Source: Squalus acanthias (taxonomy: Eukaryota). Taken from it: 64,000 bases of DNA. Positions 24,030 to 37,600 of the stretch are shown one piece after another (position 1 is the stretch's first letter; every line of letters starts with the position of its first letter). Below the pieces are notes generated by a model. That model was not told the origin of the DNA, searched no databases, and saw only the letters and a program-made list of their open reading frames with translations. The translations under genes and the position numbers were made by a program. Where the stretch lies: positions 53,320,001 to 53,384,000 of the forward strand of contig CM059440.1 of NCBI GenBank assembly GCA_030390025.1, in the 5' to 3' direction.

Positions 24030-25485
24030 ATATTACAAATGGGCATTGTACTGATAAACTTTATTGAAATTTTGATTTTATACAAATATAAATGTCTTGA
24101 ATCTTTACTAATGCACAGAAGTAACACATCTATGTCTATCTGATAGGTTAAATAAAAACCTGCCTTAATCCCATGAACACAACATTTCCTAGTCACTTTG
24201 TAAAACACGGATCAAGCTTTTGGAAAACTGATATTCAATGATATCATAAGGAGAGGAAAAGGAAGAATGTGTCAATGCACTGTTATTAATTATTCTGTAA
24301 AACAAGCTACATTTTATTGTCACCATCAAATTACATGTTCTGTAAAACAGCCAGTAAAGCGCACAGATAACTTTCACTCTAACACTCTCCGAAATATATT
24401 AATAGGATATATGGCAAACTGTTAACATTCATGATTCAGTATCTCCTCATTGTTGTGAAGGTTGAATATGAATTCGGTGGACAAGGGTTGGGAGGATGGC
24501 CACCGAACCAGTCACACCAATATATAATTGCAATACTTCTTTTCAACATTGGATGGCATTGCATTGCTTTTATACACCCTTCATAGGTCTTCAATTACAA
24601 TGCAACGTTTAATTAAACACAACAAATTTGTGACTGACTGAGACAGTAAACCTGGAATAAAATTTATATCAGTTCTGTGGCTTAAAAAAATAAATCCGTA
24701 GCTATTTGAGGATCAAAACTCCCACGCTTCCGATAGTAATATCTTTCTAACTGGACCCTCATCCTTCCTATAGAGGAAAGTAGATGCCCACATCTTTTAT
24801 ATAGTAGTATATTATCTTTCAATCCTAATAAACCAAAGCAATTTTGCTGATAATTGCATAAATGCGAGTGAAATTGCCAATACAAAAAAAAACCTCTGCC
24901 CTGGAATATCTTCGGAAGAGAAAAGTCTTTCAAAAATATAACAAAACTGTCCAATTCTACTGACGAAAATGAGCAGCCAGGGGGATAGCGTGGGCTGCTC
25001 CAGTTCCAGTACTGCCGAGACTCCACCGATAACTTGGCTGCCCCACTGTGGACCACACTGCTTGAATTGCTGGCCCTCACCATGTACCCACAAGACCGTG
25101 TACCAGTGAATGTGAGCTCGCTAAATCATCAGTAGCTACAGGTGGGAGTGATTTGGTAACACTGAAAATATCTTACTACTCATTACATGTTCACAGCCGA
25201 TTCATCATCGTTTTCTTACCAAAAGAGCAAATAATAAAGTTTAAAAAAAAATGTTTTTTTAAACTTTTATTCCAAAATAATTGTGTTTACCAGGATGGAA
25301 ACTGCTTTTGCCCAACTCTCCTTTCAACTCAGTAATCAATGGTTTCCTACTTCCCCCTCTGTGGGTACAAGGTCCCAGTTTTCTGCTGTCATACATCAGG
25401 TGATGACCTCGAAAGGACAAGGCTGAGAAGTTCTGAAAATCATTCAGAGCTATACTGACATCTCAGTGCCAAGCGCTGAAAGTTT
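24030..25485 (-). other. Putative 3' UTR of MTMR9-like gene
   Basis: Repeat-free AT-rich stretch directly downstream of the stop, with minus-strand AATAAA candidates (e.g. 24060-24065 and about 25265); the true end is not determinable. Confidence 0.5.
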
Positions 25486-25631
25486 CTAGTTTCCAGCGTA
25501 GTCTTCCGTTGGCACGCACAGTTCTGTATTTGTTGGATTGGATTTTCTCCTGCCGTGTTCCATGATGTGATTAATCTGCTCCCAAGCCTCATTCTGATGC
25601 TCTGTTGATCGGTTCCATCTTAGGAACAAGC
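25486..25631 (-). CDS. MTMR9-like: MTMR9-like terminal coding exon 10
   Basis: Polypyrimidine-AG acceptor, then [47 protein letters not shown] and TAG stop at 25488-25486. Confidence 0.9.
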
Positions 25632-28600
25632 CTGAAATAAAATAAACAACAAAATACCACTGATGTGAGCATCAAAACAGAAAACTGGATCAATTCAGTA
25701 TTCATATTGAAAGCAAGGAGAACTCTCCGCTTTTTTTCCCCCCTTCTTTATTTATCTCACTTTCTTTCCTTCTACTCTCAACTTTGTTATTTTGTCCCCC
25801 CCCCCCTTTCTCCTTATTGCTTTCTCCCTTTCTCACATACTCATTTCCTTTCCACCTATTCTTTCTTCCATTGACTTCCATCTTCCTCGTGTCCCACCCA
25901 CATATCTTCTCTTCTTTTGTAATCATTTTTCTCCATTCTATCTGCTACTTACTGTATTATCCTTATTCCTCCATCTCCTCCTTCTTTCCCCATTCGTAGG
26001 TTCTTATTGAGATAGATAAAAAAAGGCTTACATTTCTACAGCGCCTTTCATGACCACCAGACATCCCAACGCGCCTTGCAGCCAACGAAGTACTTTTGAA
26101 GTGTAGTCACTGTTGTAATGTGGGAAACATGGCAGCCAATTTGCACACAGCAAGCTCCCGCAAACAGCAATGTGATAATGACCAGATAATCTGGTTATGT
26201 TGTAGATAGATTCTAGGAGAATCAAGAGATATGGGGGTAGTGCGGGAAAGTGGAGTTGAGGTCGAAGATCAGCCATGATCTCATTGAAGGGCGGAGCAGG
26301 CTCGAGGGGCCGAATGGCCGACTCCTGTTACTAATTCTTATTCTTCTTTGCAATGTGCTGGTGCTGCTAATGTGGAGCTTCTTCCTTTAGACTTTAGGAT
26401 TTCCACTTCATCCTGTACAGGGCAATGCTTTATTTTGAATTCTTCATTTAATCTGAGCAGCATGAGCAGCAGTCTGGCTTACCAACACAAACAAAGCAGC
26501 TTCACTGTTTGAGAGGTGACAGCAAGGCTGAAAATTTACAGGTGAAATACGGCTATCTTTCACCTACTGTGAGGTTCTTTTCTGCTATTTTTACCATCGC
26601 ATTGATGAAGCGGAAACAGTGTATACTGAAAACGCTCTTCCTGTGCGAACTTTCTTTATGCCAGCTGCAGCTGAATGGCTCGATTCCATCCTTTGCCCCT
26701 CGAGATCTTCTTTCTTAAATTTGTTTACATCTAAGTTGTATTTAAATGGTCTATTTTATTAATTTGTTCTCCAGCATTCAAGCTGATAGGATTACAACAA
26801 AACTTTTTGAGTTACTAAAGAAAATACGTCTACAAATTTGGGAAATATTGTACCATCCAGTTAAGTTCTCCTTTTCAGCTCGTTAATATTCGTCTGTGGT
26901 TTTGCTGCTGTTGATTCAGCTACAAGTTTTGGGTAGTTTCTGAAACTTAGCACTTTCAGCAGCACTGCACACATTTTGTAATGCTCCCGTGCATCTTGTA
27001 TGACAAATCTCATTTTGAATCTGATTCTTTTAACAATTTAGGTCATTTGTTTGTCATCATTCATTAAATGATGCTTTCCCTTCTCTGCTCTTCGTGGACA
27101 GGTATCTCTACATTCACACAGATCAATCTTCAATTGCTGGCCTGTACCAATTGTTTTCCTTATCTAACATGTCCTGTTTGAATCAGCTTTTGGTAATCTC
27201 TTTGATATATGTATGCACTCTTCATCCAAAGGTATCTGGCTAAATCAGGAACGGTAGCATAGTGGTTATGTTGCTGGATTAGTAATCCAGCAGCCTGGAC
27301 TAATGATCTAGGAGCCTACCTGGGGCATTTAAATTCAGTAAAATTAAATAAATCTGGAATAAAAAGCTAGCGTCAGTAATGGTGACTATGTAACTACTGG
27401 ATTGTTGTAAAAACCCATCTGGTTCACTAATGTCCTTTAGGGAAGGAAATCTGCCGTCCTTACCCGGTCTGGCCTATATGTGACTCCAGACCCACAACAA
27501 TTTGGTTGACTCTTAACTTGCCCCAAGCCACTCAGTTGTGGCAATTAGGGATGGGCAATAAATGCTGGCCTTGCTGTCAATGCCCGCAAATCGTGAATGA
27601 ATAAAAAAAAATAATGTCTACAAGGAGAACATTCAAAAAATAATGAGCCGTACGTATACTTTACTTTGAATTCAGCCATTTTTCACCCAAACTCTCTCTT
27701 AATTCATCATGTTTCCAAACCTATGGCATCTCTCTACATTACTGCAGAGATTATTCCTCAATGTCTTATTATGCAGCTGCCGTGTATCTATTTCCTCTCA
27801 CTATTCCTTTTTTACTAGTAGCGTACAGTCATTTCAGTAATTCTCATTTCATGTTTTTGTGCTGCCATCATTTTGTAACCCTGACTCGACAGATTTATTT
27901 TGGCCGTGTTTTATCTTTTCAATTTAAATTTCCGTGTTGATTTTATCCACTTTTGAGTAGCAGCTTCTGTCTTGTCGTCCTCCGTTTCAGTGGATCGTGC
28001 AGTGGGAGGGAGCCTCTGAATGGGAGGCCTCTGTGGAAAAACTAAGAGTTCTGCCCATTTGCTTCTGTTAAGTGAGCCAATTTAAAGGTATGTGTACTTG
28101 GCTGCAATAACAGCTTATTAGAGAGGCTCCAGCGAATCAAGTACTGAGTAAATCCAGTCCATCGTTAAGTTAATTCCAAGCGACATTTCGGATGTGCCTT
28201 TAACATCATCGAGATGTCCTCCATCCGTTCTCGGAATGAATCTGGCAGTGAGGTTGGCCTCGGAGGGAGGGGTCTCTGGCCATTTCTGTCATCGAGGTTC
28301 TCACCAGCTGGATCAAGGTGGGTCTTTGGCTCATTCAGAAACACAGCAGGGGTTGACGACTTGCAAATATGCTCATCGTTTTATCTCAAAACTTACATTT
28401 TTTTCTTTCTCTACTTGCTGGCACTAAACTTTTTCTGAGCGGCTGCAGGACTTCCATACTGACCCAGCACCGGTCAGCGAATCAAACCTCGCGGGTCGCT
28501 GCCACATCAATAGTGCCAGACTTTGGGGCGGAAATTCTTCTGGGTCTGTTTCTGGGCCAGGAGTCGGTGCCGCGCAGACAGCGTGGGCCCAATCCCGAGG

Positions 28601-31600
28601 CCCAAGGCCTCACTAACATAGCCTGTGCGAGCTGCCGGTGCCCGCCATGCCTTCATAGGCGGCTCATGCCTTTACTTAGAAGAATGTTGGGCGGTTTGCC
28701 TCTCCAGAAAGACCCCAGAGGTAAATCCTGGGTGGAGGGGTTGGAGTGGGTTAGGGCAGGGGGGCCATCTTGCTGACTGTGGAGTCGGGGAACAAGAAAG
28801 ACAGAAAGACAGAAAGAAAGAAAGAAAGAGAAAGAATGGGAGAAAGAAAGAGAGAAAGAAATTGCATTTATATAGCACCTTTCACAACATCAGGCTGTCT
28901 CAAAGTATTTTACTGTAAATGAAGTACTGTTTAAAGTGTAGTCACTGTTGTAATGTAGGAAACGCAGTGGCCAATTTTGCACACAAGCTCCCACAAACAG
29001 CAATGAGATAATAATCAGATCATCTGTTTTTTAGTGATGGTGGTTGAGGGATAAATATTGGACTCTTCAGTGACTGTGTTAATAATACGTACCTTGCCAA
29101 AGCTGCAAGCTCTGTGGAGCTACTGAAGGCCATATGGTGAGGCTGTTCCTTTCATACAGAGGATTTGCGAATTGTTTTCGCTCAGAAGGACTGTTCATCC
29201 TAGCCCAAATGGATATGGTCTGTTCCTTCACATTCAGAATAAACCTACAAACAGTGCATAACAATAAGGAAAATATTCAGAAATTAAATGTACTTTATAG
29301 AGTGTCTCAGCTGCCACTTCTTTATCTTGCAAACTTGGAGTTAATGGGGAAATCTGAGACAACCAAGCTCTTTCATTTTCTTCCAATTTGCAGATGAAAC
29401 AAGTGACAAGAAGCAGGACGCAATAATAATGGGGCTGATTAATTCCACTGACCCGATTTACTGCAAAGTCCTAGACAGTGACTAATCTGCTAGTGATTAG
29501 CCTCAAACCTCATTTTCTGGGATTTAAAATAAAATGTAAATTTATGATTCATGCCCCAGATTATCTGCTAATTTATCTTTGAACATTAGGTGCTGCCACG
29601 TTAGGCTTTGTACAAGCAGATGGCATTAATCGCCGCTAAGTAAACCTTCCTATTTTACGCAGATTCATCCGACTAGAATCAAATTCCTTTCTAAGCAACA
29701 GCTCTGTTGATTTTTTAAAAGCTAGGAAGAGACCCAAGGAGCAAAGAGATTTTTATATTGATGGTGGGGCTCCATGACAGCGGTGCTCAGGCAGAGGCCT
29801 GGGATCTTTGAGTGGCCGACTCCCTTTCATTACATGGACCTAGTGGAGGGTCAATAGGAAGCAGTCCCGTGTCTTCCATGCCTTTGATTGCCAATCTTGG
29901 GACTTCGGAAAAGTCATCTCTGGAAAGTCACCGGAGATTTAGGGCCAGAGTTTGCTGGAGTGGGGCATCTCGCGACGTGTCCTGTTAGTTAGACTTGTTC
30001 GTGCATGTTTAGATTTAAAACATTTTTGCCCACAAAGTTGCTGGAAGTGTGACCTGATAACAGCATGCGTCAGCAAAATCTGGCCCATAGAAAAAAAAAA
30101 CTTGCATTTATATAGCGCCTTTCAGCACCACCGGACAAAGCGCTTTACAGCCAATTAAGTACTTTTTGAAGTGGAGTCATTGTTATAATGTAGGAAACGC
30201 AGCAGCCAATTTGCGCACAGCAAGCTCCCACAAACAGATAATCTGTTTTACTGATGTTGATTGAGGGATAAATATTGGGCCAGGACACTGGGGAGAACTC
30301 CCCTGCTCTTCGTTGAAATAGTGCCACGGGATCTTTTACGTCCACCTGAGAGAGCAGGCGGGGCCTCGGTTTAACGTCTTAACTGAAAGGCTGCACCTCC
30401 GATAATGCAGCACTCCCTCAGTACTGCATCAGAGTGTCAGCCTAGATTTTCCTGCTCAAGGCTCTGGTGTGGAACTGTGAACCCACAACTTTCTGACTCA
30501 GAGGCGAGGGTGCTACCAACTGAGCCACAGCTGATACATAGAATTCCCCTCCTTTGTATCGATGGATGTTGCCAGTGGTGGGAGTAGCACATGCTTGCGG
30601 CCAGTGGCATGCTACCAATATTAAAGTGTCTTAAGACCTGTGGAAGAGGCAGTCAAGCCTCTTCTGTGTAACATCATTGCCAGAACGCTACATTAAAATG
30701 GCCTGATCCAAACTGCAATGAAAATAATGGCCACCTCCTTTCTCTCTGATACAGTCCCAGTTACAATGTTCCACAACCAGCAACCTTTTTTGTACAACAT
30801 CATTTCGGCTGTCAGAAACGTGCTGAATCTCGAGTAGGGAGATAACCACTTATTTTGAAAATGTGCCCATTTCCTCTTTCATTGCTAAGACGGTACAGTC
30901 TGATTCTGCACTCGCAATCTGTGAAGAAAGAACCAATTTGAGTTACACTGTGGGAAACAACTTCCTTTGATGTATCTTCAAATGACTTGAGGAAGGAAGG
31001 GGAGTCTTTCTTCACCAGCAGCTTAGAGTAAGATGCAGTTACCAATTACTTCTCTCACCAGAGAACCAGCTCATCTCAGAGGCACAAAGCTTTCATTATA
31101 ATGGAATCCAATTACCCACCATCATGGGGGTCAGTGTGGATAATGGAAATTAGCAGATAATTGCGACTCCCCAAATCTCCTTTCAACTGATGTTTTAAAT
31201 AAACCTCAGGAATCTTATTTTATTTTGAACTAAAAGGTTTTCTTTCTTTCTGATGGAGTCCCACTGATCTTCTAACTTAAAACTCCCAGAATTTTTTTTT
31301 TAAATATTTGTTCATGGGATGTGGGTGGCGCTGGCATTTATTGCCCATCCCTAATTGCCCGTCAAGAAGGCGGTGGTGAGCCACCTTCTTGAGCCGCTGC
31401 AGTCCGTGTGGTGAAGGTGTTGTTATACTTCTTTTTGTAGTGGTTTGGTACAACTGAGTGACTTGCAAGGTCATTTCAGAGGGCAGTTAAGAGTCATAGT
31501 CATAGAGTCATAACGGCACAGAAGGAGGCCATTCGGCCCATCGAGTCCGTGCCGGCTCTCTGTATTGCTGTGGGTCTGGAGTCATATATAGGCCAGACCG

Positions 31601-34600
31601 GGTAAGGGCGCTAGATTTCCTTCCCTAAAGGACATTAGTGAACCAGATGGGTTTTTACAACAATCCAGTAGTTACACGGTCACCATTACTGACACTAGCT
31701 TTTTATTTCAGATTTATCTAATTAATTAAATTTAAATTCCCCAGCTGCCTTTGTGGGATTGTGAACTCATGTCTCTGGATTACTAGTCCAGTAACGTTAC
31801 CACTATGCTACCATACCCGGTTTGGTGGATATTGGTACATAATCGAGAGTGTAGGTGATATAATCTTGGATAATCGAAGTTCCACTGTATACGGAAGTTA
31901 CTTAGCCTGCACCCCTATGGACAATTGAAGCCAAGGCTGTGTTCTACAGAGCTTCTATATTGCATCAAGAGAACCAAGGGGGAAAACCACTTGCAAACGT
32001 TGATCCTTTTATTATCGCCCCTCACTCACTGGATTTTGCAAGAATACTGGTGGCTATGTCCTAACTTTTGATGAAATTGGTTCTTTTTTAATGGTTGGCC
32101 AATTTATATTAAAGTTGAGGAAGGAATTTGTTGCGCATAGCTAGAATTTCACACATCTGAGTTGCATGTAAGTGGGGTCGACTGAACAAACGGCTTTTGC
32201 CTGGAATCTAATGAGGAAGTGGAAATGAGATCGATGAGAAAATGGTTAACTGAACGTCTGAGCTCCACGCCACATGGTATTTCATAGAAACATAGAACGT
32301 AGAAAAATAGGAGCAGGAGTCGGCCATTCGGCCCTTCGAGCCTGCTCCGCCATTCAATACGATCATGGCTGATCCTCTATCTCAATACCATATTCCCGCT
32401 CTCTCCCCATACCCCTTGATGCCTTTTGTGTCTAGAAATCTATCTATCTCCTTCTTAAATATATTCAGTGACTTGGCCTCCACAGCCTTCAGTGGTAGAG
32501 AATTCCACAGGTTCACCACCCTCTGAGTGAGAGACTTGACTCATGAGGTCCTCGCAGAGTAGGGTCGCGTTCAGGGCGGATCTCCCGCGGAGAGTTCGGT
32601 GTGAGTTCCAGGCCATTTGAACTCCCGGACCTCATTTCAATGAAGCAGCAGTGTCGCCCACTCAAAACCGTTGGGTGTGAAATCGTGGCGGCTGGTCGGG
32701 AGCCTGAGGATGCTGGGTTCGCAAGAAACCGCTCCCCGTCATGAAGTTAGCGCTGCGGAGGGGGTTTTGTTGAAGAGGCTGCCACTGGGAGGGAGAGGCA
32801 AGGCTGTGAATGGTGAGGCACGCAGCCTCATTATAATATTGAAGTGACCAACCCGCCTTCTGGGAGCGTGTTGGCTGCCTGCCCTCGTCCAGCTTTAGTT
32901 AAAACTGGAAGTGGGTGGGTAGGAGGCGGGTAGGAGATTTTTAAATTTTAACATCCCACCCGACCCCAACACACCTGTTTTTTTGGAATTAAAATTACCC
33001 CCAAAGAGTCTGCAATGTGAACTTTCCTAACTAAGTTCTGTGCTGGTAACATCTGACTTGACATGCTACATAGGCTGCATAAGGCAAACGCAGAGATTTC
33101 ATATATACAACAACAACAACTTGTATTTATATAGCGCCTTTAACGTAGTGAAACGTCCCAAGGCGCTGCTCAGGAGTATTTTAAGACAAAAATTTTTTAC
33201 ACCGATCCACATAAGGATAAATTAGGGCAGGTGACCAAAAGCTTGGTCAAAGAGGTAGGTTTTAAGGAGCATCTTACAGGAGGAGAGAGAGATAGCGAGG
33301 CGGAGAGGTTTAGGGAGGGAATTCCAGAGCTTAGGGCCCAGGCAACAGAAGGCACGGCCACCAAAGATTGAGCGATTATAATCAGGGGTGCTCAAGAAGG
33401 AATCTACAGAGGAAGATGGGCAACCTATCACCACTGGGAAGTATGGGACAGGTTTATGGGATATACGCACCAAGTGGGGTGTATTTGGTAATCCACTGCT
33501 GGTTAAGGTTTATTTTATTCCTGCCACTCATGTTTTACAATTTAATTTTCGAAACGTGACAAAGTCAGCACTGTGGGAGTACCTTCACCGCACGGACTGC
33601 AGCGGTTCAGGAAGGCGGCTCACCACCACCTTCTCAAGGGCAATTAGGGATGGGCAATAAATGCTGGCTTTGCCAGCGACACCCACATCCTGTGAACGAA
33701 TAAAAAAAATTAAATTATTTAACAGTCTAAAAATGATCTTAAAACAGACATGAAATATTTGACCTGTGGAAGACAAGTCCTGGTAATATATTACAGTTAT
33801 TCAGACTGCTATTGTGCTGCAGAGAACTGTAACAGTGATTCACTGACAATGACCTTAGCATTAAGCGTATTTTGGTAAAATGATTCCCTTGGTACATTAC
33901 CTTTCCTTTTCATTATTACACAGGAAAGTCCCAAAGCAGGAAGCGTATGCATGTTCGAATAGCGTGATGAGGAAGTGCTCACTGAACTGGAATGAGCAGG
34001 GGAATTGGCAGCTCATCTGCCAACAGCAGTCAAGGAAGATGAGGAAGACTGGGGCCTCCTGCTTCAGCTTGGCGTGAGAGTAGGCCGAACTCGCGCAGCG
34101 AAGTTGGAAAGGGTGACCAGCCTGAAGGAAAGGAAAATCAAAATGTGAGGCTCAACGCTCCAGCATAAACAACACTCACCTCTCCAGAGTGAGAGTCACC
34201 CTCGGGACCATTTCATTAAAAAATTAGCATTAATATTGTTTCTCGGGGGTATTTGCTTCACTCTGTGAGCCTCGGCAGTAAGTGCTGGCAGCAATGTTCC
34301 CTGTAATTTTGTTTGGCGCCGCCCGGCCCGTTCAAGATACTGCGCATGCGCGGTTTTAGCACTGAAAGCCGGCTGCGCGGGGGGGGATCCCTGGAGCGCA
34401 GCGCGGTCGCGCAGCTTACAGGGAGCATTGGCTGGCAGGCCGTTCAACCACGAGGGGCATCACAGCTGAGCGAGATCTTGTCCCCATCCGACGTACAAAC
34501 AAACACCCTTTCCAGCAGGAATCGCCAGATAGCGATCAGAAGTCAGGACCCTAGAATCAAAGGGGGAAAAATTCGTCAGCGACCATTTTGGGTCGCTAAC

Positions 34601-37600
34601 ATAGCGCCCGGCGAAAAATAGCTCCGGCGATCGCTAACTTCAGATTTAGCGCCCCAAGAGGGAGGTGGAGGGTTAATTCAAGCTCCACTTCCTTCTCAGA
34701 GCGCTAACCCCGAATATCGGGGCGGTGCCTTCTGCAACTCTACGCACTGGGCCACGTAGCGCTGCCGCATGGAAGGGCTCTTCCCCTCATTAAAGGGGAG
34801 GGCCCAAGCCCACAACTCTGCGGGGCCCTACCTGGAGCGGGGTGCCGTGCCAGCAGCCCGTCACACAAGAGGAGCGCCGGGCTGCCAGATCACGGCACGG
34901 ACCCCGCGTTCAAAGAGGCAACGGGCCGCGACAAGTAAGTCAGACGATTTTTTTTCCCCGCCCGCCACCTCCCCTTTAGTTATCGCCCCGCGAGCCTCCT
35001 GCCGCTCCGTTCCCGCCCCCTGAATCGCTCGCTGTCATCACCTGCGCAGCAGAGCGGGGCGCTACCGGTTATCGCCGCCGCTAATTTAGCGGGCGTCGTT
35101 AGCGGTGCCGCGCCCGGTCGAAAAGTTGTTTGCGCCCCGCTAACGAGAGGCGCAAATGCATCGAATTTCTAGCCCATAGACTAGTACAGCACAGAACAAG
35201 GCCATTCGGCCCCTTGAGTCTCTTTCAAAGAGCAATTCAGTTAGTCCCACTAGCTGACTTCCTCCCCTTCCTGCGCCACTTGTAAAACTCATGTCACTAT
35301 GTCGGCTGAGAACAGCTTGGACCTTCCTGGACTGGGTGGCTCAGTTCCACACTAGCCAGTGCCCTTACAACAACAGCAACTTGCATTTATAGAGCGCCTT
35401 TAACGTAGTAAAACGTCCCGCGGCGCTTCACAGGAGCGATTATCAAACCAAATTTGACACCGAGCCACATGAGGATAAATTAGGGCAGGCGACCAAAAGC
35501 TTGGTCAAAGAGGTAGGTTTTAAGGAGCGTCTTAAAGGAGGAAAGAGAGGTAGAGAGGCGGAGAGGTTTAGGCAGGGAATTCCCGAGCTTAGGGCCGAGG
35601 CAACAGAAGGCAAGGCCACCAAAGGTTGAGCGATTATAATCAGGGATACTCAAGAGGCCAGAATTAGAGGAGCGCAGATATCTCGGGGGGTTTTGGGCTG
35701 GTGGAGATTACAGAGATAGGGAGGGGCGAGGCCATGGAGGGATTTCAAAACAAGGATAAGAATATTAAAATCGAGGCATTGCTTAACTGGGAGCCAATGT
35801 AGCTCAGTGAGCACAGGGGTGATGGGTGAACGGGACTTGGTGCGAGTTAGGACATGGGCAGCCGAGCTTTGGATGACCTCAAGTTTACATAGGGTGGAAT
35901 GTGGGAGGCCGGCCAGGAGTGTGTTGGAACAGTCAAGTCTAGAGGTAACAAAGGCATGGATGAGGGTTTCAGCAGCAGATGAGCTGAGGCAGGGGCGGAG
36001 TTGGGCGAGGTTACGGAGGTGGAAATAGGCGGTCTTGGTGATGGAGCGGATATGTGGTCAGAAGCTCATCTCGGGGTCAAATACAACACCAAGGTTGTGA
36101 ACAGTCTGCTTCAGCCTCAGATAGTCGCCATGGGGCTGCCTGTTTTCACTCTTGAAGACAGATGTTAACAATGAATTCCTTCAACCTTTCGAGATTCCAG
36201 AGATAGTTACAGACTAAATGAATAAATGGTTCGCGGAACACTCTGCAGCTGAGCTGGAGGTTGGGGCAGCATTGCCTGTTAGGGTGAATATCAGAGACGT
36301 GAGGATGAATATTCTGGAGTGTTATTTTATAACCTTTGAGGATTAGAGGGTATTTATGCAGAATTTATCCTCAGGAGATTAAATGATGGGGTGGGGGGAG
36401 GAGGGGGGGGGGAGCGGGTAGAGAATGGACTGTACATGGTTTGTGCAAAAAGTGTACTCAGAGGGACCAAATAGCCAGTTCTCATTCATGCGTTCTTCTG
36501 ATTTTACCTACCTGTAACCATTCCCGTTCGATAAGTGCTTGAAAACCACTAATGGTCCTGCAGTCTGGATCCAAGATGATTTGTGCCAGCGATGTGAGTT
36601 GTAGTGTGGTGTCTCTCCCCTCAGAGCCATGGATCAGGACAGATGCTCCTTCCCTGTACAGAATGACAGTATAGCTCTCTCGTGTATCCAAATATTCAGC
36701 TATGATATTTTTTTTCAGGTTTAATTGTAGTTATTGATATTTAACCTTAAGCTAACTTGACGCTTAGTGTTGATGCAATCAAATTCTTTGCTAAAGTCCA
36801 TTTTCTTTCCCCAATCGCGAAACTAGACAACATGGAAGAAAGAAAGAATGTTGGAGCCAATGAATTATATTTTGAAGTGTAGTCACTGTTGCGTTGCCGG
36901 CGATCTTGAGGTATTAAGATTATTAGGCTTAAGTTCTGAGCACCTGTTTAAGATCCATATTTATGTGTCTGTGTAATCAGGCACTTTTGTTGACACCCAA
37001 GAGGTGATATGCTAACCTGGCAGAGGACCTTTATTTAGGAAACGTTTTCAAAGTCCCAATGGACAGTATGAGCAAGAAACAGGAATGGCACAGTTAAGCT
37101 TCACTGCTGCAGGAATTCTAATAGTCAGATGTTAAGCAAAATTATGATGTCCAAATATTGTAAACGCTCATCTATAAAGTTATCGTAAGAGGTTCCTGGT
37201 CTGCTCTGAATTAGCTGTCCTCAGCCATTGTAGCAGTGAGGTCACTATAACGGGTCTCAGTGTTCCCGAGCTAGGGAGAGGAATATTCAGCCAGATTCTT
37301 TTCCCTGATTTCTATCGGGTGTCCCCTGCTGGAACGTGTGCTTATGTGAACATCAGACAAGGGCAGGATTGGGCTTGGCTGTAATTACATAGGATTACAC
37401 TGGATATACGGCACAGAAACAGGCCATTCGGCCCAACCAGTCCATGCCGGTGTTTATGCTCCTCTCGAGCCTCCTCCTGTCTTTCCTCATCTAACTCTAT
37501 CAGCATAACCCTCTATTCCCTTCTCCCTCATATGTTTGTCCAGCCTCCCCTTAAATGCATCTATACTATTCGCTTCAACCAATCCCTGTGGTAGCGAGTT

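Noticed and set aside
24682-25093. 133-aa and 93-aa minus-strand ORFs downstream of the stop codon
   Set aside because: They lie in the putative 3' UTR and have no recognisable homology or splice support.
26350-27990. Possible highly decayed coding transposon in intron 9
   Set aside because: Strand-biased composition but no identifiable protein motif.
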